Assembly: GCA_008632985.1 (NCBI GenBank)
Contig: QPGO01000255.1
Coordinates: forward strand, 1-64,000
Origin: Psammoneis japonica
Lineage: Eukaryota
Length of the DNA stretch: 64,000 bases
Direction: 5' to 3'
Under the pieces are notes generated by a model. The model had not been told where the DNA came from and did not search any database. It was given only the letters and a program-made list of their open reading frames with translations. Positions 52,813-64,000 of this stretch are shown in pieces (position 1 is the first letter of the stretch; every line of letters begins with the position of its first letter). A program made the translations under genes and the position numbers.

Positions 52813-53537
52813 ATCTTGCACACGTGTGCGCGGTCATTGGACTGTGCAGGTGTGTGTGCGTGTGTGAGGTGCAAGTGGGGTGTGCGCAGAATTGCTGCTG
52901 AGTGGCTGGCATGCCGTGGATTTTCCGCCGGTGCACAATCTGCGTGGTCTGCATGGAACATAAATTTGTGTTGGTCTCTGAGGCCATTGCATGTCATTGA
53001 TTTTGCCAAGGCCTCTGATGCGTGTGTGTGCCAACTCAAAAGTCTGACAGAACACCCCGAAAGAACTCTGGAATCTGGACAAAAAAATTTCTGTTTGGCG
53101 GTGCGAACAGGGTCGCCCCGAAGCGCTTCTCAAAACATTTCCAGATTCAATGCAGCAAAACATCTGCCATCACCAAAACAGAGTTGTTGTCGGACAAACA
53201 GATCCCGTGGTCTTCGTGCACAAACAACACGACAACGCACAACAACGCCATGGTGAGAAACGCGAACGCCGTCCCCTCATCTGCAAGCTGGGAATGCGAG
53301 ATGCTGTTGAAGTGGTTGGACAACATGCGTGCGCTGCATTCATGGGTCAAGTTGGGTTTCTTCTCGCTGCTTGTTGTTGCATCATTTTACAACGTTTTGG
53401 CCCACGCCATGTTCTTTGCTTTGTTGCTTCTGCTCGCGCGCCACCAACAGCTCTTCCTGCAGGGTGTGGCTGGTTGCACGGCTGCATTGAACCCAAACGT
53501 GCGCGACCAACTGGCCCTGCCCCAGCTGGCTCATGCA
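52813..53537 (+). repeat. Long inverted repeat, copy 1 (TpA-depleted)
   Basis: Reverse complement of 57647-58372, colinear over ~725 bp. Confidence 0.95.
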
Positions 53538-53539
53538 GT

Positions 53540-56500
53540 CATTTTCATCATCCGCGGAAAAATCGCGTGACACCCCCCAAAAATGCAGTGCCCAAAGCAC
53601 AACTTTTGACCACACGTTCGCGCAGAACTCGCCAAGTCGAAAAACCACGAAAACACGTGGGTTTCTACGCAAATCTGGTGCAAAACGAATGGCAAAGCTC
53701 TGCCTCTTCCTCTTCACACACCGGGAAAAACACCTGCACATTTGATCACAAGGTCGTTGCTGCATTCTTCTTTTCGTCATTCAACTGAACTGTTGTTGCC
53801 ATGACATCACAGACCTCCTCATCATCTGCCGGCACTGAGATTGAGCAGCCGGAAACAGTTGAATTTGCAACGGCTGCAGCTCAATGTCCTCAAGGGGAGG
53901 CAATGCCGAGAAAGAAGAATCGCTGGGGTTCAACTGTCAGTGTGGTGCTGCCGTCACCAGATGAGCACGATGTGATGCCAGTTCATCTTGGGGTGGAAGA
54001 GTGGACTCTCATGAAACAGAAACCGCCAAAAGCCAGATCAGGAAAGAAAAAACAGTTCAGTTAACACGACTGCATTGTGGACCGGCCGACCAGCAGCAAC
54101 GGTCACACCAGCTCCTCTCGTTGACCTCGGAGGCTCAATTTGTCCTCATCACATTTTCTTCTCAAAAGCGAAATTGAGAGATTGCTGGAGCTTGAAGAAT
54201 TTGAGTTTTGTGACAGAGAGAAGAAGAAGCAAATTTGCCATCGGGAAAAGGCACTCGATAAATTCGACACACGAGAAACGAAATCCCAACGAGGATCCAT
54301 TGATGCCCCTCCCTCCTGAGCCGGCACGAGATTGGAGCATTGGCGCCGGCATGCCGCTTGATGGATTCAAGGTTGTTTTGAAGCAGAGGCCCCCAGAACC
54401 AGCTCATCCAGCGCCCCTGCTTTCATCAGATGATGAGTCGTCTGTGGATGATGAAGACATGCTGGGTTGTCACAAATCTCTGGAGGATTGGAAGTCAGCA
54501 CCATGGGAAATCGATTGTGCAGTGTTTGACTTGCTCGTGGTTGCAAAGAGCATTGCGAAAGACAATGCCAGTGGTGGGGGGAGCCCTTCTTCAAATGAAA
54601 GGCAGCGCACATCCTCTGCGAGCCATGATGACCCTTTGCCAGATTGGCGCAAGAAACTGAGCGACGTTCGCATTGCTCTCTTGCAACCTGTGGTGAAGAG
54701 CACAAACAATGACTGTCTTCTCTTGGATGGCAAGCCTGCTGTTGTAACCAACTTCTCTGTGTCAATTGGGGAAGACCCTGAGAGCTTCAAATTGGGTCAC
54801 CTGAGACAGAGCGTTCTGAGCCAGGCTGCTTCGCAAGCGAAGCATCGCGGTGGACTTGGAATCAACTCCGCTCTGTTCTGCCAGACCTCAAAGGTTGACA
54901 AGCATGTGACAAGGCTCAATGGCACGGACCAAATGTGGAACTTTCTGGAGAACAAGTGCAGCAGTAAAAAGAGCAACTGCAAGTGCCAATTTCTGTGCAC
55001 ACGTCGTTTGCCATTTGCGATGGTGTCATCTCTCACCACAACATTTTCTCATTGCTGCATTTTGTGATCTGTGGTTTTGAAGATGTGTCTGTGTTCCTTG
55101 CCCTTGGCTCAAAGCACCGTGATGACGTTGACTGCGATGAGGAACAGTCGCAAATTGCCGATCCGTCGAGACATGTGAGGACTCTCACCGGAGTGGCAAC
55201 AACCGAGCTCTGTCTTCACTGGCAAAGACGGCATTCGACCCTGGTGCCAGCAACCGAAGACGTGGAAGGGCAGCTGAGAGCTTGCATTCTGTGAGCAGGG
55301 AGTGGGTTTTCAAACATCTCTGTGCGGATGAGAGCTCACCATGTCATCATGGATTCGCCAATGGAGTGCTTGCTGTGATGACAAGTTGTTTCAATGGCAA
55401 GAGGTTCCCACCGGAAAATCAACTCCCTTGGGAAAAATGGCCGTCAGGATCCAACATCTGTTGGCAATTGACCCATGTTGCTGCTTTTGCTCTGTGATTG
55501 TGGCGCGCACCTGAGCAGTCCATTCAACATGAGGCATCTGCCATTGGACCCACAACTGCAAGAGAGATTCCTTCTGATGGGAGAAATGTGTTCGTCTCAG
55601 ATGAGGATCACGTCCAAGGCAACGGCACCCAAGGTGGCCTCTGCATTGCAAGATGCCTTTTTCAACTCTGATGCATTTGCTTCAAATCAACACAGCGAGG
55701 TGTGTGCACAGCAACTGGAGGAGGATCACGCAAGTGTTTCCATCCCAGATGACCCCACTCATGAAACGGCATCAGCCATGGTGCCTGTGGCACAAGAGAC
55801 TTGTTCCAATGAAGAAACTTCTGCACCAAAACAATGCATTGGCTGGCATGGTTGAAGAATGCATGCAAGCACGAGAGCCCCTCATTGCAGGTGCCAGTGC
55901 TGCTGCTGTTCTTGTCATTGTTCCAAGGCAGTCCACTCAGATGGGAAGTGGTGCACTCAACAATGACGCCATTCAGAAGAGGGCATGTCAACGGTTTTTG
56001 CCAAAGACTTGGATCCGACAAAGCGACTGAGATTCTCGTGTCCAAACGGAGGTTCGGGAGTTTGCAGTCCCCAAAAATGGTCTTGCAGGTCGGTGCAGAA
56101 CCGGGACGCATGGGCTTTGTCGTCGTCCTTGAGTGGCTTCAAGTGATTTGCAAAGAGGAAAAAGGGGTTGGGCTTGACTGCCATGTTGGCATTCCATTTC
56201 GCACAAATTCACCCTGTCATCAACAACGTTGTTCTCTTCTGTCAAACTCGAAACCCCGTTGATGCTGACGCGTTCCAGCCCTGGGTGGGACTCCGTGTGA
56301 CATTTGGCCCGCAGAATTCTGCGTGCGAGCTCCGCAGTGCGAGAATTTAATTGATGGATGCGTTTGTCTTCAACATCAAATGAACGGCCAAGTTTGTGGT
56401 GCAATTGTGCCTCTCACCACTCGACGTTTTTGCAAATGCACCTGCCCTGCGCGATTCTTAAGACATCATAGAATCGCGCTGCAACAAAAAATGTCAAAAG

Positions 56501-57480
56501 TTTTTGGACGGATCGCTCAACAAGTGCACCGCAAAATGACACAAAATGTCAAAAAATCACGTAGAATTTTACGTGCGCGACACACGACGAGATTCAAAAA
56601 AAGGTCCCACCTGGACCTGGAACGCGTCTGCTGCCACACGGCTTCTTCAACTGTCCAACCACAATTTCGACTCTCTCATCATTGATGTTGAATTTTGCAT
56701 TGCAGCACTCTGCCCACAGGCCTGCTGGCATCCATTGACTCTGAACGCTAGAATCCAAAAACAGCCGATGCATGTGTTTTGATGCGAGCGATTTTCTGAC
56801 ATCAGACATGATGGGTTTTTGCACTTCGGCCCTCAGGGAGCTTCGCAAGTGGGTTGGTGAGGTGGGTGCAGGTCGCAGTGCAAAAAGCCATGGATTTTCA
56901 AGAAGCTGTGAGCATCATCGTCGAGAGACCGGGCACGTGACAATTCTTGTGCTTTTTGTTTTCCCGCCAACAAAATGAACTTAAACTTGGTGACGTGTTG
57001 TGCCACTTGCGTGGAAATCTGCTCCAAATTTCAAAAAATCAATTCCAGCCATGCGCATGATCACACCTGATGTCACAGAGCCTAAATTTAGCCTCTTCGA
57101 AAAAATTGGTGGTTGTTGGCCCCGTGCATGATGCAATTTTAGGCCACACGATTTTTTCAGAGGAACAGTGTTCTCGCGATGACACTGTTCCTCGCTCTGG
57201 AAATGTCACACCCCCACATCACACCCCTGGGGTCGACACACGAAACGACCCAGAAATGGCTTTTTTGATGCAACCACAGCGCTTGTGGCTGTGTCCCATC
57301 CACAACAAACCTGTGACATGATCACATGCGAGAGCTTGCTGTGTTTGGGGCGCTCTGCGTGCCGTTCTTGGCTTGTCACGATGCACAGTAATTTTGCTGA
57401 ACCTTCTCTCAATCAATTCGCGGCAGAAACTCATGCAATGAAGTTGCTTGCATGTGAGTCATGCATGAGTTTGATTTTAT
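53540..57480. other. TpA-depleted degenerate coding-like sequence of unrecognised origin (probably repeat-derived)
   Basis: Long ORF remnants that are Tyr-free and Cys/His-rich (e.g. 54075..55067). No family motif recognised. Confidence 0.4.
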
Positions 57481-57646
57481 GATCGATTTGTCTCCTTTAC
57501 ATGGCTTGTTGTAGACTTATGGTTGCGTTCTCGTCGTCATGGTGGCGTCGTTCTCGTCGTGTGGTTTTATTCTGTTTTAATCTAACTTCATCGATGGAGT
57601 TGGTTCAATGCCCTGGTTAAATGATCAACCTTCATCAGTGATAAAA

Positions 57647-58372
57647 TGCATGAGTTAGCCGGGGTAGGGCTAGTTGGTCGCGCACGTTTGGGTTCGATGC
57701 AGCCGTGCAACTAGCCATACCCTGCTGGAAGAGCTGTTGGTGGCGCGCGAGCAGAAGCAACAAAGCAAAGAACACGGCGTGGGTCAAAACGTTGTAAAAT
57801 GACGCAACAACAAGCAGCGAGAAGAAACCCAACTTGACCCATGAATACAGCGCATACATATTGTCCAACCACTTCAATAGTATCTCGTATTCCCAGCTTG
57901 TAGATGAGGGGACGGCGTTCGCGTTTCTCGCCATGGTGTTGTTGTGCGTTATCGTGTTGTTTGCGCGCGAAGACCACGGGATCTATTTATCCGACAATAA
58001 CTCTGTTTTGGTAATAGTAGATGTTTTACTGTATTCAATCTGAAAATATTTTGAGAAGCGCTTCGGGGCGACCCTGTTCGCACCGTTAAATAGAAATTTT
58101 TTTTATCCAGATTCCAGAGTTCTTTCGGGGTGTTCTGTCAGACTTTTGAATTGGTTTATACATATATTAGAGGCCTAGGCAAAATCAATGATATGTAATA
58201 GCCTCAGAGACCAACATAAATTTATGTTCCATGTAGACCACGTAGATTGTGTACCGGCGGAAAATCCACGGCATGTCAATCACTCAGCAGTAATTCTACG
58301 TATATCCTACTTACACCTCACACACGTACACACACCTACACAGTCTAATAACCGCGCACACGTGCGCGAGAT
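57647..58372 (-). repeat. Long inverted repeat, copy 2 (TpA-rich)
   Basis: ORF 57635..57934 aligns with the C-terminus of ORF 53022..53570, with Y/C, Y/H, Y/R and I/M differences. Confidence 0.95.
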
Positions 58373-58547
58373 AAAATCAGTATGTTAAGATATTCGTGTA
58401 TTAGTAAAACTTGGGTATGCATAAAAGTATGATCTGAGTATGGAAAGCACTCGTGGGTATGACTCCGCTACGTCAGCAAAAAGGCTTCGTGACGTCAGGT
58501 ATGATCATAGGTGCCGTATGATCCAGTTTGGACCAGTGTTAACTAAT

Positions 58548-58849
58548 GATTGCTAGGATCGATTGCAATCAGCCTCACTTTGATTGCAATCGCAATTGCA
58601 AACTCGATTGCAATGACCTGATTGTCGGGAAAGAGCCGAGGTCGCAATCACAATCGACTGTTGCAATCGATTGCAATCGAAATTCGAGCTCTTTCATTGG
58701 CTGGAATCAGTGAAATGGCTCGATTTCTTCGCACGGAGTGCGCTCTTGCGCAGAGAGCAATCGACTGATTGCAATCTGATTGCTGCAGAAAACTTTGCAA
58801 TTGGTTGACCCTGGTTTGGACAGGGTCTAGCCAGGGCCCCAAGGGTTAA
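58548..58849. repeat. Cluster of GATTGCAATC palindromes ending in GGG|TTAA (possible transposon terminus)
   Basis: Full palindromes at ~58561, 58582, 58669 and 58767, plus several partial copies. GGGTTAA at 58843-58849. Confidence 0.6.
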
Positions 58850-59319
58850 AATTTGCGCTGTGACTTGATTGTGTGCACAGCATCACACGCCACTCAAAAC
58901 AAACGTGCTTCCGACATTTTTTGAAAATCTGGGGATATCTCCAGCCAGCTGCTGGCTGGAAAACGTCTGCTTGTCAGTGCGTTTACGGGGTTTCACCCGC
59001 ACAATTTACGTGCGTCGAGTCCGTCCAGCGTTCACCAAATCTGGCCACAACCTCAAATGCATTGATTGACAGACTCTGTCAGCGCAAATCCTGCACAAGA
59101 TTCTTCGACCAGCAGCTGGCTGGAGTCATCTGGAGACGTCCCCAAACTCGGATTTTTCTGAGAACAAGTTACGCTGGTGCGGCACGGCACGTCCGTGCCG
59201 AGATCAACAGCGCAGATAGATGCAGACATGGTGCATGAGCAATGACAGCCAACAGACCTTTCAACAGGACAGAAGGCTTGGTGCACCAGGAGACTTGAGC
59301 TTTTGTGGGAGACGCAACA

Positions 59320-62300
59320 ATGTCGCAAGACGACGGCAAGTGGGAGAATGAGGATTCCAGCAGCTCCGAAGGAAGTGGCCATGCAGAAAGTGGCAGCACT
59401 CCGGCTCCACGCAAGGCATTGCGCAGCAGTGCGAAACGAAAGTTTTTCGGTGGCACAACGACACGGCAGTGGCCATCTGCAGCAGTGGTGCAAGAGGTCG
59501 CAAACACAAGAACCGTGACAGGACTGATGGCAGTGCCATGGACTCAGGGAGTGGCAGTGAGAGCATCTCTGGCTTGGCCACAGTTGCAACAGCATCAAGC
59601 CTTTTCAACAAAACCTTTGCCGGTGGTGTCCGACGTGTGACACAGGAGGAAGTGGAGCAAGGCTTGTCCAAGGAACGCCAAGACGAAATCATTGCAAGTC
59701 TCCAGTTGAATCATTTGCCTTTTTGGAATGAACAGTTTCAAAAGGCTATGGATAAACACAAAATCAAGACTGTGGCAGAATTGCTGAATTGGAACTTGCC
59801 CAACGGTGTGCTCCTCGCCTTAGAACCACGCGTACGAACCTGCGTCATGAATCTGCTCGGTTGGAAGGAAAACCCTATAACCACGGCGCGCTTTCTACAG
59901 TTTTGTCAGCGACGAATGCCAGCGTCCAACGACCTGTTGAACAAACAGAGGCTTTCGGAAGGAAAACAGAAGCCGATTCGGCAGGATGGTGATCATGATT
60001 CGGCGTCTGGAACGACGAGCAACGCCACTGAAACCGATGATTCGTTTTCAGGCGCCACCTCAAAGAAACGAAAAAGAGGGTCTCAGGAAAGTGCCACCGA
60101 GACTGCTCCCATGGATTATGATACGGATGATTTGGATGGAGGACGTTTGATGGACAGCATTCCGCACCTGTCAAAGAAAATGTTTGATCCACAGACGGGA
60201 TGCCCGATTCGTCACTTTAGCGTGTTGGATCAAGAAGGTGCGTTAAAGTCTTCGTTCTTTGTCAGCCTAACCGTGTAAGGAAGAGAGCAGATTCTCACGT
60301 ATGCATGCCTTTTGTACTCCTCTCGCACTTGTCAGAAAACATTTTTGATTTCAGGCTGAATGTCAACACATCAACGATTCCTGGAATTGGTCGCGGTGCC
60401 TTCTTGACCTACTTGGGCTGCCGAGTCCTCAAAAAGGAGTGCAGAGAGCGTTCCAATGAGAAAATGAAAGATCGGCATGCCTGCATTCCCGACACTATGC
60501 AGCCCCTCGAGGCAGTCTCCGCTGATGGACATGGGATATCCGTCGAGCTGACTGGTAAAAACCTTCACGGAAACAAGAATTTGCTGCACTGGCCAGTCAC
60601 CACGTTTCCCCTTGCCGCTACGAGGCCATCACGTGATAAGGACTACACGCAAGTTAGAGTGAAACTGACTGGTGAAAAGCTTCACTATGACAGCGACGAC
60701 GAAGAAGAGTACATGACTCATCTTGACTTGATCAACCCTTTTGGATTTCTGAAACTACATGTGGAAGACGATTACGTTCCTTCCAATAGACCTTGCTCCT
60801 CTGATAAATGCGGTATGATTGACTTGGGACGATATGGGCCATGGTTGAAAAGTGATCGAAAAACCAAGACACAGTTTGATATCAAAGCTTTTGTTTTCAG
60901 CCACGAGCCGTCTGATTGGAACTTCGGCGTAGGTGAAAAGCTGCATGGAGAAGAACAGATTATCGACGTTACAAGCGATGCAACGGGCGAGCCACATGCG
61001 TATGCTCAAACGTTTGGTGATATGTTGATGTACGTCAACGAGGTGGGCTATAACAAAGAGCTCCAGCAAAATGTTCAAGCGCTCGAGAAGGACGGAAGAA
61101 CGGTTCATTACTACTTGGATATAGCAACGTCCTTGCAAAAGAACCAAACGGTCGAACTCTTTGTGGACTATTATGATTCATACGAAGCATCTCGGGAACG
61201 CAAGGGGTATGGAAAGAGGAATTTAAACGAAGGTCTTCGCGGCGACGACCACGAAGCGACTCGCTTGAAACGAAATATTCTCGAGCGGCACGATCTTCAG
61301 CATTATTTTGAAAGGTTGACCGTTATGCAATTGTATGAGTTGGTGGAGTTTTTAGAAAAGATACTGCAGCCGGTTGCGAGTGTTACGAACGACTTTGTTC
61401 AACACTTGCAGACTAGAATCCCGAGCCCTCGCTCTATTGTCGCGGTTGAAACGGTCAAGCAGCCGTCTGTGTTACAGTGGTGTGCCCGGCGCCGTCTGCA
61501 TTGGATAAGCATGGAATTGGGAGAACGTGCGTGGAGACTTGAAAAACTGTCAAGGAAGCCAGGTGCAGGTGCTTCCGAATCTTTTCCATATCAAGGTATT
61601 TTCGATGACATGAAGAGACGACTGAAAGAAATGGAGTGGGATCATGTTGACGTTGTTTTGAAGAAACTGAACTGCGACGAAGACGCAGTATACGCGGGCC
61701 TAACCTTTGAGATGTCTGAAGAATGCCTCTTTGAATTATCGAAGAAAGGCTTGTTGGATGCATTTGACGAATCGAGGTGGTGCCCGATTGCGGTGAAACT
61801 CACAAAGAGTCTCTGTGAGCAAGTATACATCCCCAGCACCTCGTCGCAAGAGAGGCGGTTTACAAAGGAAAGACTCCTGGGAACCCTTTTGAGTATTGCT
61901 GGTACAGCTGCCGATTGTGTGCGGCGTGCCTGCCGTTCGAAAAGTCCAGAACTTCTCAGCCAGCTACAGTTTGAGTCCGGCGTTCAGCGTGATCGATACG
62001 TCAATGCGGCGTATGTGCGACAATGTGAGGCAGTGATGGGGCCGGCTGCATTATCTTGTGTGAATTTTCCTCAGTTTCCCATGGGCGTGTTAGCCGCGTT
62101 GGCTCAAGCGTACGATTCCTTGGGGAGGCCGATCGACCGGGGTGTTGATGCCGAATCAACCTCACAAAACGTTCATGTGTCTACTGATGGTGTCTTCATG
62201 GTTGCGCAGAAGAACAACACCACGGCTGCTTCTGGAGAACCGAATCCAAGCCGTGTTCACTTGACTCCTCGACCAATCCCTCGAAAGCTGAAAGATGTTG

Positions 62301-63892
62301 TGAATGGTCTTGCCTCTCCCGACGAAGAATGGTATGTTCTTTGGCAAGTGGTGTTCGTCGCACACAAATTCGCATCCAAGGTTTTTGAACGCGAATTAGG
62401 GTTGGAATCAGTGTATTCTCTAGAGAAGCTATGCCGGGCTACGACTGTAGACATCAATGACGCCGAGCAGGTTGTTGAGACGCAGATGAAGCCTTTTGAC
62501 TATCCAGAATTGCCGCAAATAGTTGTGAGGCGGAGTAAACCCTCGCAAGCAACCAGCAAGAAGGCGTCACAGAAGCCCAACTCGAGCACTGGAGAGGCTA
62601 CGAAAGTAGACACCAAAGGTGCCAAGGAGGTTGTGGAGACGTCGATGAAGCCTTTTGGATATCCAGAATTGCCGCAAATTGTGAGGCGGGGTAAATCCAC
62701 GAAAGCAACCAGCAAGAAGGCGTCACAGAAGCCCGACTCGAGCACTGGAGAGGCTACGAAAGTAGACACCAAAGACGCCAAGGTGGTTGAGGAGATGTCG
62801 ATGAAGCCTTTTGGCCATCCAGAATTGCCGCAAATTGTGAGGCGGAGTAAACCCCCGCAAGCAACCAACAAGAAGGCGCCACAGAAGCCCAACCCGAGCA
62901 CTGGAGAGGCTACAAAAGAAGAGACCAAAGGTGCCAAGGGGGTTTTGGAGACGTCGATGAATCCTTTTGACTATCCAGAATTGCCGCAAATTGTGAGGTG
63001 GAGTAAACCCCCACAAGCAACCAGCAAGAAGGCGTCGCAGAAGCCCAACCCGAGCACTGGAGAGGCTACGAAAGTAGACACCAAAGACGCCAAGGTGGTT
63101 GTGGAGACGTCGATGAAGCCTTTTGGCTATCCAGAATTGCCGCAAATTGTGAGGCGGAGTAAACCCCCGCAAGCAACCAGCAAGAAGGCGTCACAGAAGC
63201 CCGACTCGAGCACTGGAGAGGCTACGAAAGTAGACACCAAAGACGCCAAGGTGGTTGTGGAGACGTCGATGCTGCCTTTTGACTGTTCAGAATCGCCACA
63301 AATTGTGAGGCGGGGTAAATCCTCGAAAGCAAGCAATGAGGAGAAGTCACGGACGCCCAACTCGAGCCCTGGAAAGGCTACAAATAATGTAGACATCAAA
63401 GACGCAAAGGAGGTTGTGGAGACGTCGACGAAGCCTTATCACCATCTAGAATTGCCTCAAATTGTGAGGCGGCGTAAATCCTCGAAGGCAAGCATTAAGA
63501 AGAAGTCGCAGACACCCAATTCAAGCCCTGGAAAGCCTATGCCGAAAGTTGTATTGTTTCATGGAATTGTTTGGAAAGCTCTAGAAAGTGTTGGTTGGAC
63601 GTTGGATCGAGGCAATCGACCGACGGACTTTTGTTACTTTCCACCCGGCGTTGCTCGCGGCGAAGGATTTAGAAAACGTGAGGATTTCTTTGACAGTGTC
63701 AAGCAGGTCATGAACTTTATCGAGACGGATCCTCGATGGAAGGACAAAGAAGAGGTCGTTGTAGGCTTGAAGATGTTCAGGGCATGCTCTAAGCTGCAGG
63801 ATGAGCTCAGGTTCAAGTCGCTTCTCCCCAAAGGTCAAATGACGGTTGAGTGGTTAGTTAGTCAGGTAGAGAACAAAAAGCAATCAGAGTAA
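59320..63892 (+). CDS. Large hypothetical protein with a SET-like domain, internal 52-aa repeats and a C-terminal WxxL..GW..PPG..DFF domain
   Basis: An intron at 60238-60335 joins ORFs 59469..60278 and 60305..63892 in frame. SET-like STIPGIGRGAF, YVNE and VELFVDY. Probable frameshift near 59470. Confidence 0.7.
62445..63540 (+). repeat. Intragenic tandem repeat, 156-bp (52-aa) unit, 7 copies
   Basis: The PF(D/G)YPELPQIVRR motif recurs at 62501, 62660, 62816, 62972, 63128, ~63284 and ~63440. Confidence 0.95.
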
Positions 63893-64000
63893 GTCGCGTT
63901 ATAATCACATTTATGCGGCAGGAGCAGTTTCCAACGCTGCTTGCATCATTTCTACAATGATTGTCTTTGCGTCCTTTCGAACATTTTGCGAGGGGAGCTG

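Noticed and set aside
28600..58849. TTAACCC (28600) and GGGTTAA (58843) as ends of one 30-kb piggyBac
   Set aside because: The sequences inside the ends are not inverted repeats beyond CCCT/AGGG, and the interval contains ordinary host genes.

Overview
This is eukaryotic nuclear DNA, most likely from a diatom, inferred from short GT-AG introns, CoDi-like Copia remnants, a SET/aminopropyltransferase/AdoMetDC-like fusion and diatom-style VPS13. Recognisable host genes are a putative long-chain-polyamine fusion gene (14552-18513), VPS13 (49958-39627, minus), a LOG-family protein, a SET-like protein with 52-aa repeats and several hypothetical proteins. They alternate with sharply bounded blocks of dead transposons (two Copia, one MULE, one piggyBac-like) and gene fragments. 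The strongest signal is in those blocks: TpA is almost absent, and conserved Tyr codons (TAY) have become His (CAY) or Cys (TGY). A 725-bp inverted repeat pair differs mainly by TA versus TG/CA. This points to a repeat-targeted TpA->TpG/CpA hypermutation acting on both strands, opposite in direction to fungal RIP and partly independent of CpG decay. The window also has a 1,775-bp direct duplication bracketing a 3.55-kb insert, and a 2.2-kb TIR element whose empty site lies in the other copy of that duplication. Many single-base frameshifts in good genes look like assembly indels. Everything was read by eye with no searches or counts run, and block boundaries are approximate.
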